From Eledone cirrhosa (taxonomy: Eukaryota): 64,000 nucleotides of DNA. Within the stretch, counting starts at the first letter, position 1. Each line of letters begins with the position of its first letter. Both the position numbers and the translations under genes were made by a program. The notes under the pieces are model-generated. The model had not been told where the DNA came from, did not search any database, and saw only the letters and a list, made by a program, of their open reading frames with translations. Positions 1-14,400 of the stretch are shown here, piece after piece. Where the stretch lies: the NCBI GenBank assembly GCA_964016885.1, contig OZ024743.1:335668001-335732000 (forward strand), in the 5' to 3' direction.

Positions 1-29
1 TCAGTGATTGTGGGGATGGTAGCTATGGT

Positions 30-2605
30 GATGTAGCTGCTAGCAACATGATTGCTATTGTTGTTATTGCTGGTGGTGACAGTGATGGTGGGGATCGTAG
101 CTATGGTGATGTAGCTGGTAGTAACATGATTGCCATTGTTGTTATCGCTGGTGGTGTCAGTGATGGTGGGGATGGTAGCTATGGTGATGTAGCTGGTTGT
201 AACATGATTGCTATTGTTGTTGTTGCTGGTGGTGTCAGTGATGATGGGGATGGTAGCTATGGTGATGTAGCTGGTAGTAACTTGATTGCTATTGTTGTTA
301 TTGCTGGTGGTGTCAGTGATGGTGGGGATGGTAGCTATGGTGATGTAGCTGGTAGTAATATGATTGCTATTGTTGTTATTGCTGGTGGTGTCAGTGATGG
401 TGGGGATGGTAGCTATGGTGATGTAGCTGGTAGTAACATGATTGCTATTGTTGTTATCGCTGGTGGTGTCAGTGATGGTGGGGATGGTAGCTATGGTGAT
501 GTAGCTGCTAGCAACATGATTGCTATTGTTGTTATTGCTGGTGGTGTCAGTGATGGTGGGGATGGTAGCTATGGTGATGTAGCTGGTTGTAACATGATTG
601 CTATTGTTGTTGTTGCTGGTGCTGTCAGTGATGGTGGGGATGGTAGCTATGGTGATGTAGCTGGTAGTAACTTGATTGCTATTGTTGTTATTGCTGGTGG
701 TGTCAGTGATGGTGGGGATGGTAGTTATGATGATGTAGCTGCTAGCAACATGATTGCTATTGTTGTTATTGCTGGTGGTGTCAGTGATGGTGGGGATGGT
801 AGCTATGGTGATGTAGCTGCTAGCAACATGATTGCTATTGTTGTTATTGCTGGTGGTGTCAGTGATGGTGGGGATGGTAGCTATGGTGATGTGGCTGGTA
901 GTAACATGATTGCTATTGTTGTTATCGCTGGTGGTGTCAGTGATGGTGGGGATGGTAGCTATGGTGATGTAGCTGCTAGCAACATGATTGCTATTGTTGT
1001 TATTGCTGGTGGTGTCAGTGATGGTGGGGATGGTAGCTATGGTGATGTAGCTGGTTGTAACATGATTGCTATTGTTGTTGTTGCTGGTGGTGTCAGTGAT
1101 GGTGGGGATGGTAGCTATGGTGATGTAGCTGGTAGTAACTTGATTGCTATTGTTGTTATTGCTGGTGGTGTCAGTGATGGTGGGGATGGTAGCTATGGTG
1201 ATGTAGCTGCTAGCAACATGATTGCTATTGTTGTTATTGCTGGTGGTGTCAGTGATGGTGGGGATGGTAGCTATGGTGATGTAGATGGTTGTAACATGAT
1301 TGCTATTGTTGTTGTTGCTGGTGGTGTCAGTGATGGTGGGGATGGTAGCTATGGTGATGTAGCTGGTAGTAACTTGATTGATATTGTTGTTATTGCTGGT
1401 GGTGTCAGTGATGGTGGGGATGGTAGCTAAGGTGATGTAGCTGGTAGTAACATGATTGCTATTGTTGTTATTGCTGGTGGTGTCAGTGATGGTGGGGATG
1501 GTAGCTATGGTGATGTAGCCGGTAGCAACAGGATTACTATTGTTGTTATTGCTGGTGGTGTCAGTGATTGTGGGGATGGTAGCTATGGTGATGTAGCTGC
1601 TAGCAACATGATTGCTATTGTTGTTATTGCTGGTGGTGTCAGTGATGGTGGGGATGGTTGCTATGGTGATGTAGCTGGTAGTAAAATGATTGCTATTGTT
1701 GTTATTGCTGGTGGTGTCAGTGATGGGGGGATGGTAGCTATGGTGATGTAGCTGCTAGCAACATGATTGCTATTGTTGTTATTGCTGGTGGTGACAGTGA
1801 TGGTGGGGATCGTAGCTATGGTGATGTAGCTGGTAGTAACATGATTGCCATTGTTGTTATCGCTGGTGGTGTCAGTGATGGTGGGGATGGTAGCTATGGT
1901 GATGTAGCTGGTTGTAACATGATTGCTATTGTTGTTGTTGCTGGTGGTGTCAGTGATGGTGGGGATGGTAGCTATGGTGATGTAGCTGGTAGTAACTTGA
2001 TTGCTATTGTTGTTATTGCTGGTGGTGTCAGTGATGGTGGGGATGGTAGCTATGGTGATGTAGCTGGTAGTAATATGATTGCTATTGTTGTTATTGCTGG
2101 TGGTGTCAGTGATGGTGGGGATGGTAGCTATGGTGATGTAGCTGGTAGTAACATGATTGCTATTGTTGTTATCGCTGGTGGTGTCAGTGATGGTGGGGAT
2201 GGTAGCTATGGTGATGTAGCTGCTAGCAACATGATTGCTATTGTTGTTATTGCTGGTGGTGTCAGTGATGGTGGGGATGGTAGCTATGGTGATGTAGCTG
2301 GTTGTAACATGATTGCTATTGTTGTTGTTGCTGGTGCTGTCAGTGATGGTGGGGATGGTAGCTATGGTGATGTAGCTGGTAGTAACTTGATTGCTATTGT
2401 TGTTATTGCTGGTGGTGTCAGTGATGGTGGGGATGGTAGTTATGATGATGTAGCTGCTAGCAACATGATTGCTATTGTTGTTATTGCTGGTGGTGTCAGT
2501 GATGGTGGGGATGGTAGCTATGGTGATGTAGCTGCTAGCAACATGATTGCTATTGTTGTTATTGCTGGTGGTGTCAGTGATGGTGGGGATGGTAGCTATG
2601 GTGAT
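30..2605. repeat. Duplicated ~11-monomer block at offset 1715 bp (22 monomers minus 1 bp): ~30-890 and ~1745-2605
   Basis: The same ordered rare variants occur in both copies: GAC..CGT monomer (48/1763), GCC..ATC, AAT-ATG (~358/~2073), GCTGTC (621/2336), AGTTATGATGAT (723/2438). Confidence 0.9.
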
Positions 2606-2929
2606 GTAGCTTGTAGTAACATGATTGCTATTGTTGTTGTTGCTGGTGGTGTCAGTGATGTTGGGGATGGTAGCTATGGTGATGTAGCTGGTAGTAACAT
2701 GATTGCTATTGTTGTTATTGCTGGTGGTGTCAGTGATGGTGGGGATGGTAGCTATGGTGATGTAGCTGCTAGCAACATGATTGCTATTGTTGTTATTGCT
2801 GGTGGTGTCAGTGATGGTGGGGATGGTAGCTATGGTGATGTAGCTGCTAGCAACATGATTGCTATTGTTGTTATTGCTGGTGGTGTCAGTGATGGTGGGG
2901 ATGGTAGTAATGGTGATGTAGCTGCTAGC

Positions 2930-4580
2930 AACATGATTGCTATTGTTGTTATTGCTGGTGGTGTCAGTGATGGTGGGGATGGTAGCTATGGTGATGTAGC
3001 TGCTTGTAACATGATTGCTATTGTTGTTGTTGCTGGTGGTGTCAGTGATGGTGGGGATGGTAGCTATGGTGATGTAGCTGCTAGCAACATGATTGCTATT
3101 GTTGTTATTGCTGGTGGTGTCAGTGATGATGGGGATGGTAGCTATGGTGTTGTAGCTGGTAGTAACATGATTGTTATTGTTGTTATTGCTGGTGGTGTCA
3201 GTGATGGTGGGGATGGTAGCTATGGTGATGTAGCTGGTAGTAACTTGATTGCTATTGTTGTTATTGCTGGTGGTGTCAGTGATGATGGGGATGGTAGCTA
3301 TGGTGTTGTAGCTGGTAGTAACATGATTGCTATTGTTATTATTGCTGGTGGTGTCAGTGATGGTGGGGATGGTAGCTATGGTGATGTAGCTGCTAGCAAC
3401 ATGATTGCTATTGTTGTTATTGCTGGTGGTGTCAGTGATGGTGGGGATGGTAGCTATGGTGATGTAGCTGCTAGCAACAGGATTGCTATTGTTGTTATTG
3501 CTGGTGGTGTCAGTGATGGTGGGGATGGTTGCTATGGTGATGTAGCTGGTAGTAACATGATTGCTATTGTTGTTATTGCTGGTGGTGTCAGTGATGGTGG
3601 GGATGGTAGCTATGGTGATGTAGCTGGTAGTAACATGATTGCTATTGTTGTTATTGCTGGTGGTGTCAGTGATGGTGGGGATGGTAGCTATGGTGATGTA
3701 GCTGCTAGAAACATGATTGCTATTGTTGTTATTGCTGGTGGTGTCAGTGATGGTGGGGATGGTAGCTATGGTGATGTAGCTGCTAGCAACATGATTGCTA
3801 TTGTTGTTATTGCTGGTGGTGTCAGTGATGGTGGGGATGGTAGCTATGGTGATGTAGCTGCTAGCAACATGATTGCTATTGTTGTTATTGCTGGTGGTGT
3901 CAGTGATGGTGGGGATGGTAGCTATGGTGATGTAGCTGCTTGTAACATGATTGCTATTGTTGTTGTTGCTGGTGGTGTCAGTGATGGTGGGGATGGTAGC
4001 TATGGTGATGTAGCTGCTAGCAACATGATTGCTATTGTTGTTATTGCTGGTGGTGTCAGTGATGATGGGGATGGTAGCTATGGTGTTGTAGCTGGTAGTA
4101 ACATGATTGTTATTGTTGTTATTGCTGGTGGTGTCAGTGATGGTGGGGATGGTAGCTATGGTGATGTAGCTGGTAGTAACTTGATTGCTATTGTTGTTAT
4201 TGCTGGTGGTGTCAGTGATGATGGGGATGGTAGCTATGGTGTTGTAGCTGGTAGTAACATGATTGCTATTGTTATTATTGCTGGTGGTGTCAGTGATGGT
4301 GGGGATGGTAGCTATGGTGATGTAGCTGCTAGCAACATGATTGCTATTGTTGTTATTGCTGGTGGTGTCAGTGATGGTGGGGATGGTAGCTATGGTGATG
4401 TAGCTGCTAGCAACAGGATTGCTATTGTTGTTATTGCTGGTGGTGTCAGTGATGGTGGGGATGGTTGCTATGGTGATGTAGCTGGTAGTAACATGATTGC
4501 TATTGTTGTTATTGCTGGTGGTGTCAGTGATGGTGGGGATGGTAGCTATGGTGATGTAGCTGGTAGTAACATGATTGCTA
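2930..4580. repeat. Higher-order duplication with 936-bp (12-monomer) period
   Basis: The GAT GAT..GGT GTT GTA, GTT ATT ATT and AAC AGG variants recur 936 bp apart (~3149/4085, ~3335/4271, ~3477/4413). Confidence 0.88.
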
Positions 4581-7500
4581 TTGTTGTTATCGCTGGTGGT
4601 GTCAGTGATGGTGGGGATGGTAGCTATTGTGATGTAGCTGCTAGCAACATGATTGCTATTGTTGTTATTGCTGGTGGTGTCAGTGATGGTGGGGATGGTA
4701 GCTATAGTGATGTAGCTGGTTGTAACATGATTGCTATTGTTGTTGTTGCTGGTGGTGTCAGTGATGGTGGGGATGGTAGCTATGGTGATGTAGCTGGTAG
4801 TAACTTGATTGCTATTGTTGTTATTGCTGGTGGTGTCAGTGATGGTGGGGATGGTAGTTATGGTGATGTAGCTGCTAGCAACATGATTGCTATTGTTGTT
4901 ATTGCTGGTGGTGTCAGTGATGGTGGGGATGGTAGCTATGGTGATGTAGCTGGTTGTAACATGATTGCTATTGTTGTTGTTGCTGGTGGTGTCAGTGATG
5001 TTGGGGATGGTAGCTATGGTGATGTAGCTGGTAGTAACATGATTGCTATTGTTGTTATTGCTGGTGGTGTCAGTGATGGTGGGGATGGTAGCTATGGTGA
5101 TGTAGCTGCTAGCAACATGATTGCTATTGTTGTTATTGCTGGTGGTGTCAGTGATGGTGGGGATGGTAGCTATGGTGATGTAGCTGCTAGCAACATGATT
5201 GCTATTGTTGTTATTGCTGGTGGTGTCAGTGATGGTGGGTATGGTAGCTATGGTGATGTAGCTGCTAGCAACATGATTGCTATTGTTGTTATTGCTGGTG
5301 GTGTCAGTGATGGTGGGGATGGTAGCTATGGTGATGTAGCTGCTTGTAACATGATTGCTATTGTTGTTGTTGCTGGTGGTGTCAGTGATGGTGGGGATGG
5401 TAGCTATGGTGATGTAGCTGGTAGTAACTTGATTGCTATTGTTGTTATTGCTGGTGGTGTCAGTGATGATGGGGATGGTAGCTATGGTGTTGTAGCTGGT
5501 AGTAACATGATTGCTATTGTTGTTATTGCTGGTGGTGTCAGTGATGGTGGGGATGGTAGCTATGGTGATGTAGCTGCTAGAAACATGATTGCTATTGTTG
5601 TTATTGCTGGTGGTGTCAGTGATGGTGGGGATGGTAGCTATGCTGACGTAGCTGGTTGTAACATGATTGCTATTGTTGTTGTTGCTGGTGGTGTCAGTGA
5701 TGGTGGGGATGGTAGCTATGGTGATGTAGCTGGTAGTAACATGATTGCTATTGTTGTTATTGCTGGTGGTGTCAGTGATTGTGGGGATGGTAGCTATGGT
5801 GATGTAGCTGCTAGCAACATGATTGCTATTGTTGTTATTGCTGGTGGTGTCAGTGATGGTGGGGATGGTTGCTATGGTGATGTAGCTGGTAGTAACATAA
5901 TTGCTATTGTTGTTGTTGCTGGTGGTGTCAGTGATGGTGGGGATGGTAGCTATGGTGATGTAGCTGGTAGTAACATGATTGCTATTGTTGTTATTGCTGG
6001 TGGTGTCAGTGATGGTGGGGATGGTAGCTATGGTGATGTAGCTGGTAGTAACATGATTGCTATTGTTGTTATTGCTGGTGGTGTCAGTGATGGTGGGGAT
6101 GGTAGCTATGGCGATGTAGCTGGTAGTAACATGATTGCTATTGTTGTTATTGCTGGTGGTGTCAGTGATGGTGGGGATGGTTGCTATGGTGATGTAGCTG
6201 GTAGTAACATGATTGCTATTGTTGTTATTGCTGGTGGTGTCAGTGATGGTGGGGATGGTAGCTATGGTGATGTAGCTGCTAGCAACATGATTGCTATTGT
6301 TGTTATTGCTGGTGGTGTCAGTGATGGTGGGGATGGTTGCTATGGTGATGTAGCTGGTAGTAACATGATTGCTATTGTTGTTATTGCTGGTGGTGTCAGT
6401 GATGGTGGGGATCGTAGCTATGGTGATGTAGCTGGTAGTAACATGATTGCTATTGTTGTTATTGCTGGTGGTGTCAGTGATGGTGGGGATGGTAGCTATG
6501 GTGATGTAGCTGGTAGTAACATGATTGCTATTGTTGTTATCGCTGGTGGTGTCAGTGATGGTGGGGATGGTAGCTATGGTGATGTAGCTGCTAGCAACAT
6601 GATTGCTATTGTTGTTATTGCTGGTGGTGTCAGTGATGGTGGTGTCAGTGATGGTGGGGATGGTAGCTATGGTGATGTAGCTGGTTGTAACATGATTGCT
6701 ATTGTTGTTGTTGCTGGTGGTGTCAGTGATGGTAGGGATGGTAGCTATGGTGATGTAGCTGCTAGCAACATGATTGCTATTGTTGTTATTGCTGGTGGTG
6801 TCAGTGACTGTGGGGATGGTAGCTATGGTGATGTAGCTGGTAGTAACTTGATTGCTATTGTTGTTATTGCTGGTGGTGTCAGTGATGGTGGGGATGGTAG
6901 CTATGGTGATGTAGCTGGTAGTAACTTGATTGCTATTGTTGTTATTGCTGGTGGTGTCAGTGATTGTGGGGATGGTAGCTATGGTGATGTAGCTGCTAGC
7001 AACATGATTGCTATTGTTGTTATTGCTGGTGGTGTCAGTGATTGTGGGGATGGTAGCTATGGTGATGTAGCTGGTAGTAACTTGATTGCTATTGTTGTTA
7101 TTGCTGGTGGTGTCAGTGATTGTGGGGATGGTAGCTATGGTGATGTAGCTGCTAGCAACATGATTGCTATTGTTGTTATTGCTGGTGGTGTCAGTGATGG
7201 TGGGGATGGTAGCTATGGTGATGTAGCTGCTAGCAACATGATTGCTATTGTTGTTATTGCTGGTGGTGTCAGTGATTGTGGGGATGGTAGCTATGGTGAT
7301 GTAGCTGGTAGTAACTTGATTGCTATTGTTGTTATTGCTGGTGGTGTCAGTGATGGTGGGGATGGTAGCTATGGTGATGTAGCTGCTAGCAACATGATTG
7401 CTATTGTTGTTATTGCTGGTGGTGTCAGTGATGGTGGGGATGGTAGCTATGGTGATGTAGATGGTTGTAACATGATTGCTATTGTTGTTGTTGCTGGTGG

Positions 7501-7627
7501 TGTCAGTGATGGTGGGGATGGTAGCTATGGTGATGTAGCTGGTAGTAACTTGATTGATATTGTTGTTATTGCTGGTGGTGTCAGTGATGGTGGGGATGGT
7601 AGCTAAGGTGATGTAGCTGGTAGTAAC

Positions 7628-10600
7628 ATGATTGCTATTGTTGTTATTGCTGGTGGTGTCAGTGATGGTGGGGATGGTAGCTATGGTGATGTAGCCGGTA
7701 GCAACAGGATTACTATTGTTGTTATTGCTGGTGGTGTCAGTGATTGTGGGGATGGTAGCTATGGTGATGTAGCTGCTAGCAACATGATTGCTATTGTTGT
7801 TATTGCTGGTGGTGTCAGTAATGGTGGGGATGGTTGCTATGGTGATGTAGCTGGTAGTAACATGATTGCTATTGTTGTTATTGCTGGTGGTGTCAGTGAT
7901 GGTGGGGATGGTAGCTATGGTGATGTAGCTGCTAGCAACATGATTGCTATTGTTGTTATTGCTGGTGGTGACAGTGATGGTGGGGATCGTAGCTATGGTG
8001 ATGTAGCTGGTAGTAACATGATTGCTATTGTTGTTATTGCTGGTGGTGTCAGTGATGGTGGGGATGGTAGCTATGGTGATGTAGCTGGTAGTAACATGAT
8101 TGCTATTGTTGTTATTGCTGGTGGTGACAGTGATGGTGGGGATCGTAGCTATGGTGATGTAGCTGGTAGTAACATGATTGCTATTGTTGTTATTGCTGGT
8201 GGTGTCAGTGATGGTGGGGATGGTAGCCATGGTGATGTAGCTGCTAGCAACATGATTGCCATTGTTGTTATCGCTGGTGGTGTCAGTGATGGTGGGGATG
8301 GTAGCTATGGTGATGTAGCTGGTTGTAACATGATTGCTATTGTTGTTGTTGCTGGTGGTGTCAGTGATGGTGGGGATGGTAGCTATGGTGATGTAGCTGG
8401 TAGTAACTTGATTGCTATTGTTGTTATTGCTGGTGGTGTCAGTGATGGTGGGGATGGTAGCTATGGTGATGTAGCTGCTAGCAACATGATTGCTATTGTT
8501 GTTATTGCTGGTGGTGTCAGTGATGGTGGGGATGGTAGCTATGGCGATGTAGATGGTTGTAACATGATTGCTATTGTTGTTGTTGCTGGTGGTGTCAGTG
8601 ATGGTGGGGATGGTAGCTATGGTGATGTAGCTGCTAGTAACATGATTGCTATTGTTGTTATTGCTGGTGGTGTCAGTGATGGTGGGGATGGTAGCTATGG
8701 TGATGTAGCTGCTAGGAACATGATTGCTATTGTTGTTATTGCTGGTGATGTCAGTGATGGTGGGGATGGTAGCTATGGTGATGTAGCTGGTAGTAACATG
8801 ATTGCTATTGTTATTGCTGGTGGTGTCAGTGATGGTGGGGATGGTAGCTATGGTGATGTAGCTGGTAGTAACATGATTGCTATTGTTGTTATTGCTGGTG
8901 GTGTCAGTGATGTTGGGGATGGTAGCTATGGTGATGTAGCTGGTAGCAACATGATTGCTATTGTTGTTATTGCTGGTCGTGTCAGTGATGTTGGGGATGG
9001 TAGCTATGGTGATGTAGCTGGTAGCAACATGATTGCTATTGTTGTTATTGCTGGTGGTATCAGTGATGGTGGGGTTGGTAGCTATGGTGATGTAGCTGGT
9101 AGCAACATGATTGCTATTGTTGTTATTGCTGGTGGTGTCAGTGATGTTGGGGATGGTAGCTATGGTGATGTAGCTGGTAGCAACATGATTGCTATTGTTG
9201 TTATTGCTGGTGGTATCAGTGATGGTGGGGTTGGTATCTATTGTGATGTAGCTGGTAGTAACATGATTGCTATTGTTGTTATTGCTGGTGGTGTCAGTGA
9301 TGGTGGGGATGGTAGCTATGGTGATGTAGCTGGTAGTAACATGATTGTTATTGTTGTTATTGCTGGTGGTGTCAGTGATTGTGGGGATGGTAGCTATGGT
9401 GATGTAGCTGGTAGCAACATGATTGCTATTGTTGTTATTGCTGGTGGTGTCAGTGATGGTGGGGATGGTAGCTATGGTGATGTAGCTGCTAGCAACATGA
9501 TTGCTATTGTTGTTATTGCTGGTGGTGTCAGTGATGGTGGGGATGGTAGCTATGGTGATGTAGCCGGTAGCAACAGGATTACTATTGTTGTTATTGCTGG
9601 TGGTGTCAGTGATTGTGGGGATGGTAGCTATGGTGATGTAGCTGCTAGCAACATGATTGCTATTGTTGTTATTGCTGGTGGTGTCAGTAATGGTGGGGAT
9701 GGTTGCTATGGTGATGTAGCTGGTAGTAACATGATTGCTATTGTTGTTATTGCTGGTGGTGTCAGTGATGGTGGGGATGGTAGCTATGGTGATGTAGCTG
9801 CTAGCAACATGATTGCTATTGTTGTTATTGCTGGTGGTGACAGTGATGGTGGGGATCGTAGCTATGGTGATGTAGCTGGTAGTAACATGATTGCTATTGT
9901 TGTTATTGCTGGTGGTGTCAGTGATGGTGGGGATGGTAGCTATGGTGATGTAGCTGGTAGTAACATGATTGCTATTGTTGTTATTGCTGGTGGTGACAGT
10001 GATGGTGGGGATCGTAGCTATGGTGATGTAGCTGGTAGTAACATGATTGCTATTGTTGTTATTGCTGGTGGTGTCAGTGATGGTGGGGATGGTAGCCATG
10101 GTGATGTAGCTGCTAGCAACATGATTGCCATTGTTGTTATCGCTGGTGGTGTCAGTGATGGTGGGGATGGTAGCTATGGTGATGTAGCTGGTTGTAACAT
10201 GATTGCTATTGTTGTTGTTGCTGGTGGTGTCAGTGATGGTGGGGATGGTAGCTATGGTGATGTAGCTGGTAGTAACTTGATTGCTATTGTTGTTATTGCT
10301 GGTGGTGTCAGTGATGGTGGGGATGGTAGCTATGGTGATGTAGCTGCTAGCAACATGATTGCTATTGTTGTTATTGCTGGTGGTGTCAGTGATGGTGGGG
10401 ATGGTAGCTATGGCGATGTAGATGGTTGTAACATGATTGCTATTGTTGTTGTTGCTGGTGGTGTCAGTGATGGTGGGGATGGTAGCTATGGTGATGTAGC
10501 TGCTAGTAACATGATTGCTATTGTTGTTATTGCTGGTGGTGTCAGTGATGGTGGGGATGGTAGCTATGGTGATGTAGCTGCTAGGAACATGATTGCTATT

Positions 10601-11400
10601 GTTGTTATTGCTGGTGATGTCAGTGATGGTGGGGATGGTAGCTATGGTGATGTAGCTGGTAGTAACATGATTGCTATTGTTATTGCTGGTGGTGTCAGTG
10701 ATGGTGGGGATGGTAGCTATGGTGATGTAGCTGGTAGTAACATGATTGCTATTGTTGTTATTGCTGGTGGTGTCAGTGATGTTGGGGATGGTAGCTATGG
10801 TGATGTAGCTGGTAGCAACATGATTGCTATTGTTGTTATTGCTGGTCGTGTCAGTGATGTTGGGGATGGTAGCTATGGTGATGTAGCTGGTAGCAACATG
10901 ATTGCTATTGTTGTTATTGCTGGTGGTATCAGTGATGGTGGGGTTGGTAGCTATGGTGATGTAGCTGGTAGCAACATGATTGCTATTGTTGTTATTGCTG
11001 GTGGTGTCAGTGATGTTGGGGATGGTAGCTATGGTGATGTAGCTGGTAGCAACATGATTGCTATTGTTGTTATTGCTGGTGGTATCAGTGATGGTGGGGT
11101 TGGTATCTATTGTGATGTAGCTGGTAGTAACATGATTGCTATTGTTGTTATTGCTGGTGGTGTCAGTGATGGTGGGGATGGTAGCTATGGTGATGTAGCT
11201 GGTAGTAACATGATTGTTATTGTTGTTATTGCTGGTGGTGTCAGTGATTGTGGGGATGGTAGCTATGGTGATGTAGCTGGTAGCAACATGATTGCTATTG
11301 TTGTTATTGCTGGTGGTGTCAGTGATGGTGGGGATGGTAGCTATGGTGATGTAGCTGCTAGCAACATGATTGCTATTGTTGTTATTGCTGGTGGTGTCAG
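7628..11400. repeat. Two tandem copies of a 1869-bp (24-monomer, one 75-bp unit) higher-order repeat
   Basis: GCC GGT AGC AAC AGG ATT ACT at 7694/9563. 75-bp monomer at 8798/10667. AGT AAT, CAT, GGT CGT and ATC TAT TGT variants share the same offset. Confidence 0.92.
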
Positions 11401-14400
11401 TGATGGTGGGGATGGTAGCTATGGTGTTGTAGCTGGTAGTAACATGATTGCTATTGTTGTTATTGCTGGTGGTGTCAGTGATGTTGGGGATGGTAGCTAT
11501 TGTGATGTAGCTGGTAGCAACATGATTGCTATTGTTGTTATTGCTGGTGGTGTCAGTGATAGTGGGGATGGTAGCTATGGTGATGTAGCTGGTAGTAACA
11601 TGATTGCTATTGTTGTTATTGCTGGTGGTGTCAGTGACTGTGGGGATGGTAGCTATGATGATGTAGCTGGTAGTAACAGTATTGCTATTGTTGTTATTGC
11701 TGGTGGTGTCAGTGATGGTGGGGATGGTAGCTATGGTGATGTAGCTGCTAGCAACATGATTGCTATTGTTGTTATTGCTGGTGGTGTCAGTGACTGTGGG
11801 GATGGTAGCTATGGTGATGTAGCTGGTAGTAACAGGATTGCTATTGTTGTTATTGCTGGTGGTGTCAGTGATGGTGGGGATGGTAGCTATGGTGATGTAG
11901 CTGCTAGCAACATGATTGCTATTGTTGTTATTGCTGGTGGTATCAGTGATGATGGGGATGGTAGCTTTGGTGATGTAGCTGGTAGTAACATGATTGCTAT
12001 TGTTGTTATTGCTGGTGGTGTCAGTGATGGTGGGGATGGTAGATATAGTGATGTAGCTGGTAGTAACATGATTGCTATTGTTGTTATTGCTGGTGGTGTC
12101 AGTGATGGTGGGGATGGCAGCTATGGTGATGTAGCTGGTAGTAACATGATTGTTATTGTTGTTATTGCTGGTGGTGTCAGTGATGGTGGGGATGGTAGCT
12201 ATGGTGATGTAGCTGGTAGTAACATGATTGCTATTGTTATTGCTGGTGGTGTCAGTGATGGTGGGGATGGTAGCTATGGTGATGTAGCTGGTAGTAACAT
12301 GATTGCTATTGTTGTTATTGCTGGTGGTGTCAGTGATGTTGGGGATGGTAGCTATGGTGATGTAGCTGGTAGCAACATGATTGCTATTGTTGTTATTGCT
12401 GGTCGTGTCAGTGATGTTGGGGATGGTAGCTATGGTGATGTAGCTGGTAGCAACATGATTGCTATTGTTGTTATTGCTGGTGGTATCAGTGATGGTGGGG
12501 TTGGTAGCTATGGTGATGTAGCTGGTAGCAACATGATTGCTATTGTTGTTATTGCTGGTGGTGTCAGTGATGTTGGGGATGGTAGCTATGGTGATGTAGC
12601 TGGTAGCAACATGATTGCTATTGTTGTTATTGCTGGTGGTATCAGTGATGGTGGGGTTGGTATCTATTGTGATGTAGCTGGTAGTAACATGATTGCTATT
12701 GTTGTTATTGCTGGTGGTGTCAGTGATGGTGGGGATGGTTGCTATGGTGATGTAGCTGGTAGTAACATGATTGTTATTGTTGTTATTGCTGGTGGTGTCA
12801 GTGATTGTGGGGATGGTAGCTATGGTGATGTAGCTGGTAGCAACATGATTGCTATTGTTGTTATTGCTGGTGGTGTCAGTGATGGTGGGGATGGTAGCTA
12901 TGGTGATGTAGCTGCTAGCAACATGATTGCTATTGTTGTTATTGCTGGTGGTGTCAGTGATGGTGGGGATGGTAGCTATGGTGTTGTAGCTGGTAGTAAC
13001 ATGATTGCTATTGTTGTTATTGCTGGTGGTGTCAGTGATGTTGGGGATGGTAGCTATTGTGATGTAGCTGGTAGCAACATGATTGCTATTGTTGTTATTG
13101 CTGGTGGTGTCAGTGATAGTGGGGATGGTAGCTATGGTGATGTAGCTGGTAGTAACATGATTGCTATTGTTGTTATTGCTGGTGGTGTCAGTGACTGTGG
13201 GGATGGTAGCTATGATGATGTAGCTGGTAGTAACAGTATTGCTATTGTTGTTATTGCTGGTGGTGTCAGTGATGGTGGGGATGGTAGCTATGGTGATGTA
13301 GCTGCTAGCAACATGATTGCTATTGTTGTTATTGCTGGTGGTGTCAGTGACTGTGGGGATGGTAGCTATGGTGATGTAGCTGGTAGTAACAGGATTGCTA
13401 TTGTTGTTATTGCTGGTGGTGTCAGTGATGGTGGGGATGGTAGCTATGGTGATGTAGCTGCTAGCAACATGATTGCTATTGTTGTTATTGCTGGTGGTAT
13501 CAGTGATGATGGGGATGGTAGCTTTGGTGATGTAGCTGGTAGTAACATGATTGCTATTGTTGTTATTGCTGGTGGTGTCAGTGATGGTGGGGATGGTAGA
13601 TATAGTGATGTAGCTGGTAGTAACATGATTGCTATTGTTGTTATTGCTGGTGGTGTCAGTGATGGTGGGGATGGCAGCTATGGTGATGTAGCTGGTAGTA
13701 ACATGATTGTTATTGTTGTTATTGCTGGTGGTGTCAGTGATGGTGGGGATGGTAGCTATGGTGATGTAGCTGGTAGTAACATGATTGCTATTGTTGTTAT
13801 TGCTGGTGGTGTCAGTGATGGTGGGGATGGTAGCTATGGTGATGTAGCTGCTAGGAACATGATTGCTATTGTTGTTATTGCTGGTGGTATCAGTGATGGT
13901 GGGGATGGTAGCTTTGGTGATGTAGCTGGTAGTAACATGATTGCTATTGTTGTTATTGCTGGTGGTGTCAGTGATGTTGGGGATGGTAGCTATTGTGATG
14001 TAGCTGGTAGCAACATGATTGCTATTGTTGTTATTGCTGGTGGTGTCAGTGATAGTGGGGATGGTAGCTATGGTGATGTAGCTGGTAGTAACATGATTGC
14101 TATTGTTGTTATTGCTGGTGGTGTCAGTGACTGTGGGGATGGTAGCTATGATGATGTAGCTGGTAGTAACAGTATTGCTATTGTTGTTATTGCTGGTGGT
14201 GTCAGTGATGGTGGGGATGGTAGCTATGGTGATGTAGCTGCTAGCAACATGATTGCTATTGTTGTTATTGCTGGTGGTGTCAGTGACTGTGGGGATGGTA
14301 GCTATGGTGATGTAGCTGGTAGTAACAGGATTGCTATTGTTGTTATTGCTGGTGGTGTCAGTGATGGTGGGGATGGTAGCTATGGTGATGTAGCTGCTAG

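Noticed and set aside
48-125. Resemblance of IVVIAGG..DG to a Rossmann/nucleotidyltransferase glycine-rich start or of GGDG to RTX calcium-binding repeats
   Set aside because: The spacing matches neither GxGxxG nor GGxGxDxLx. The likeness is expected from Gly/Val/Asp-rich RNY triplets.
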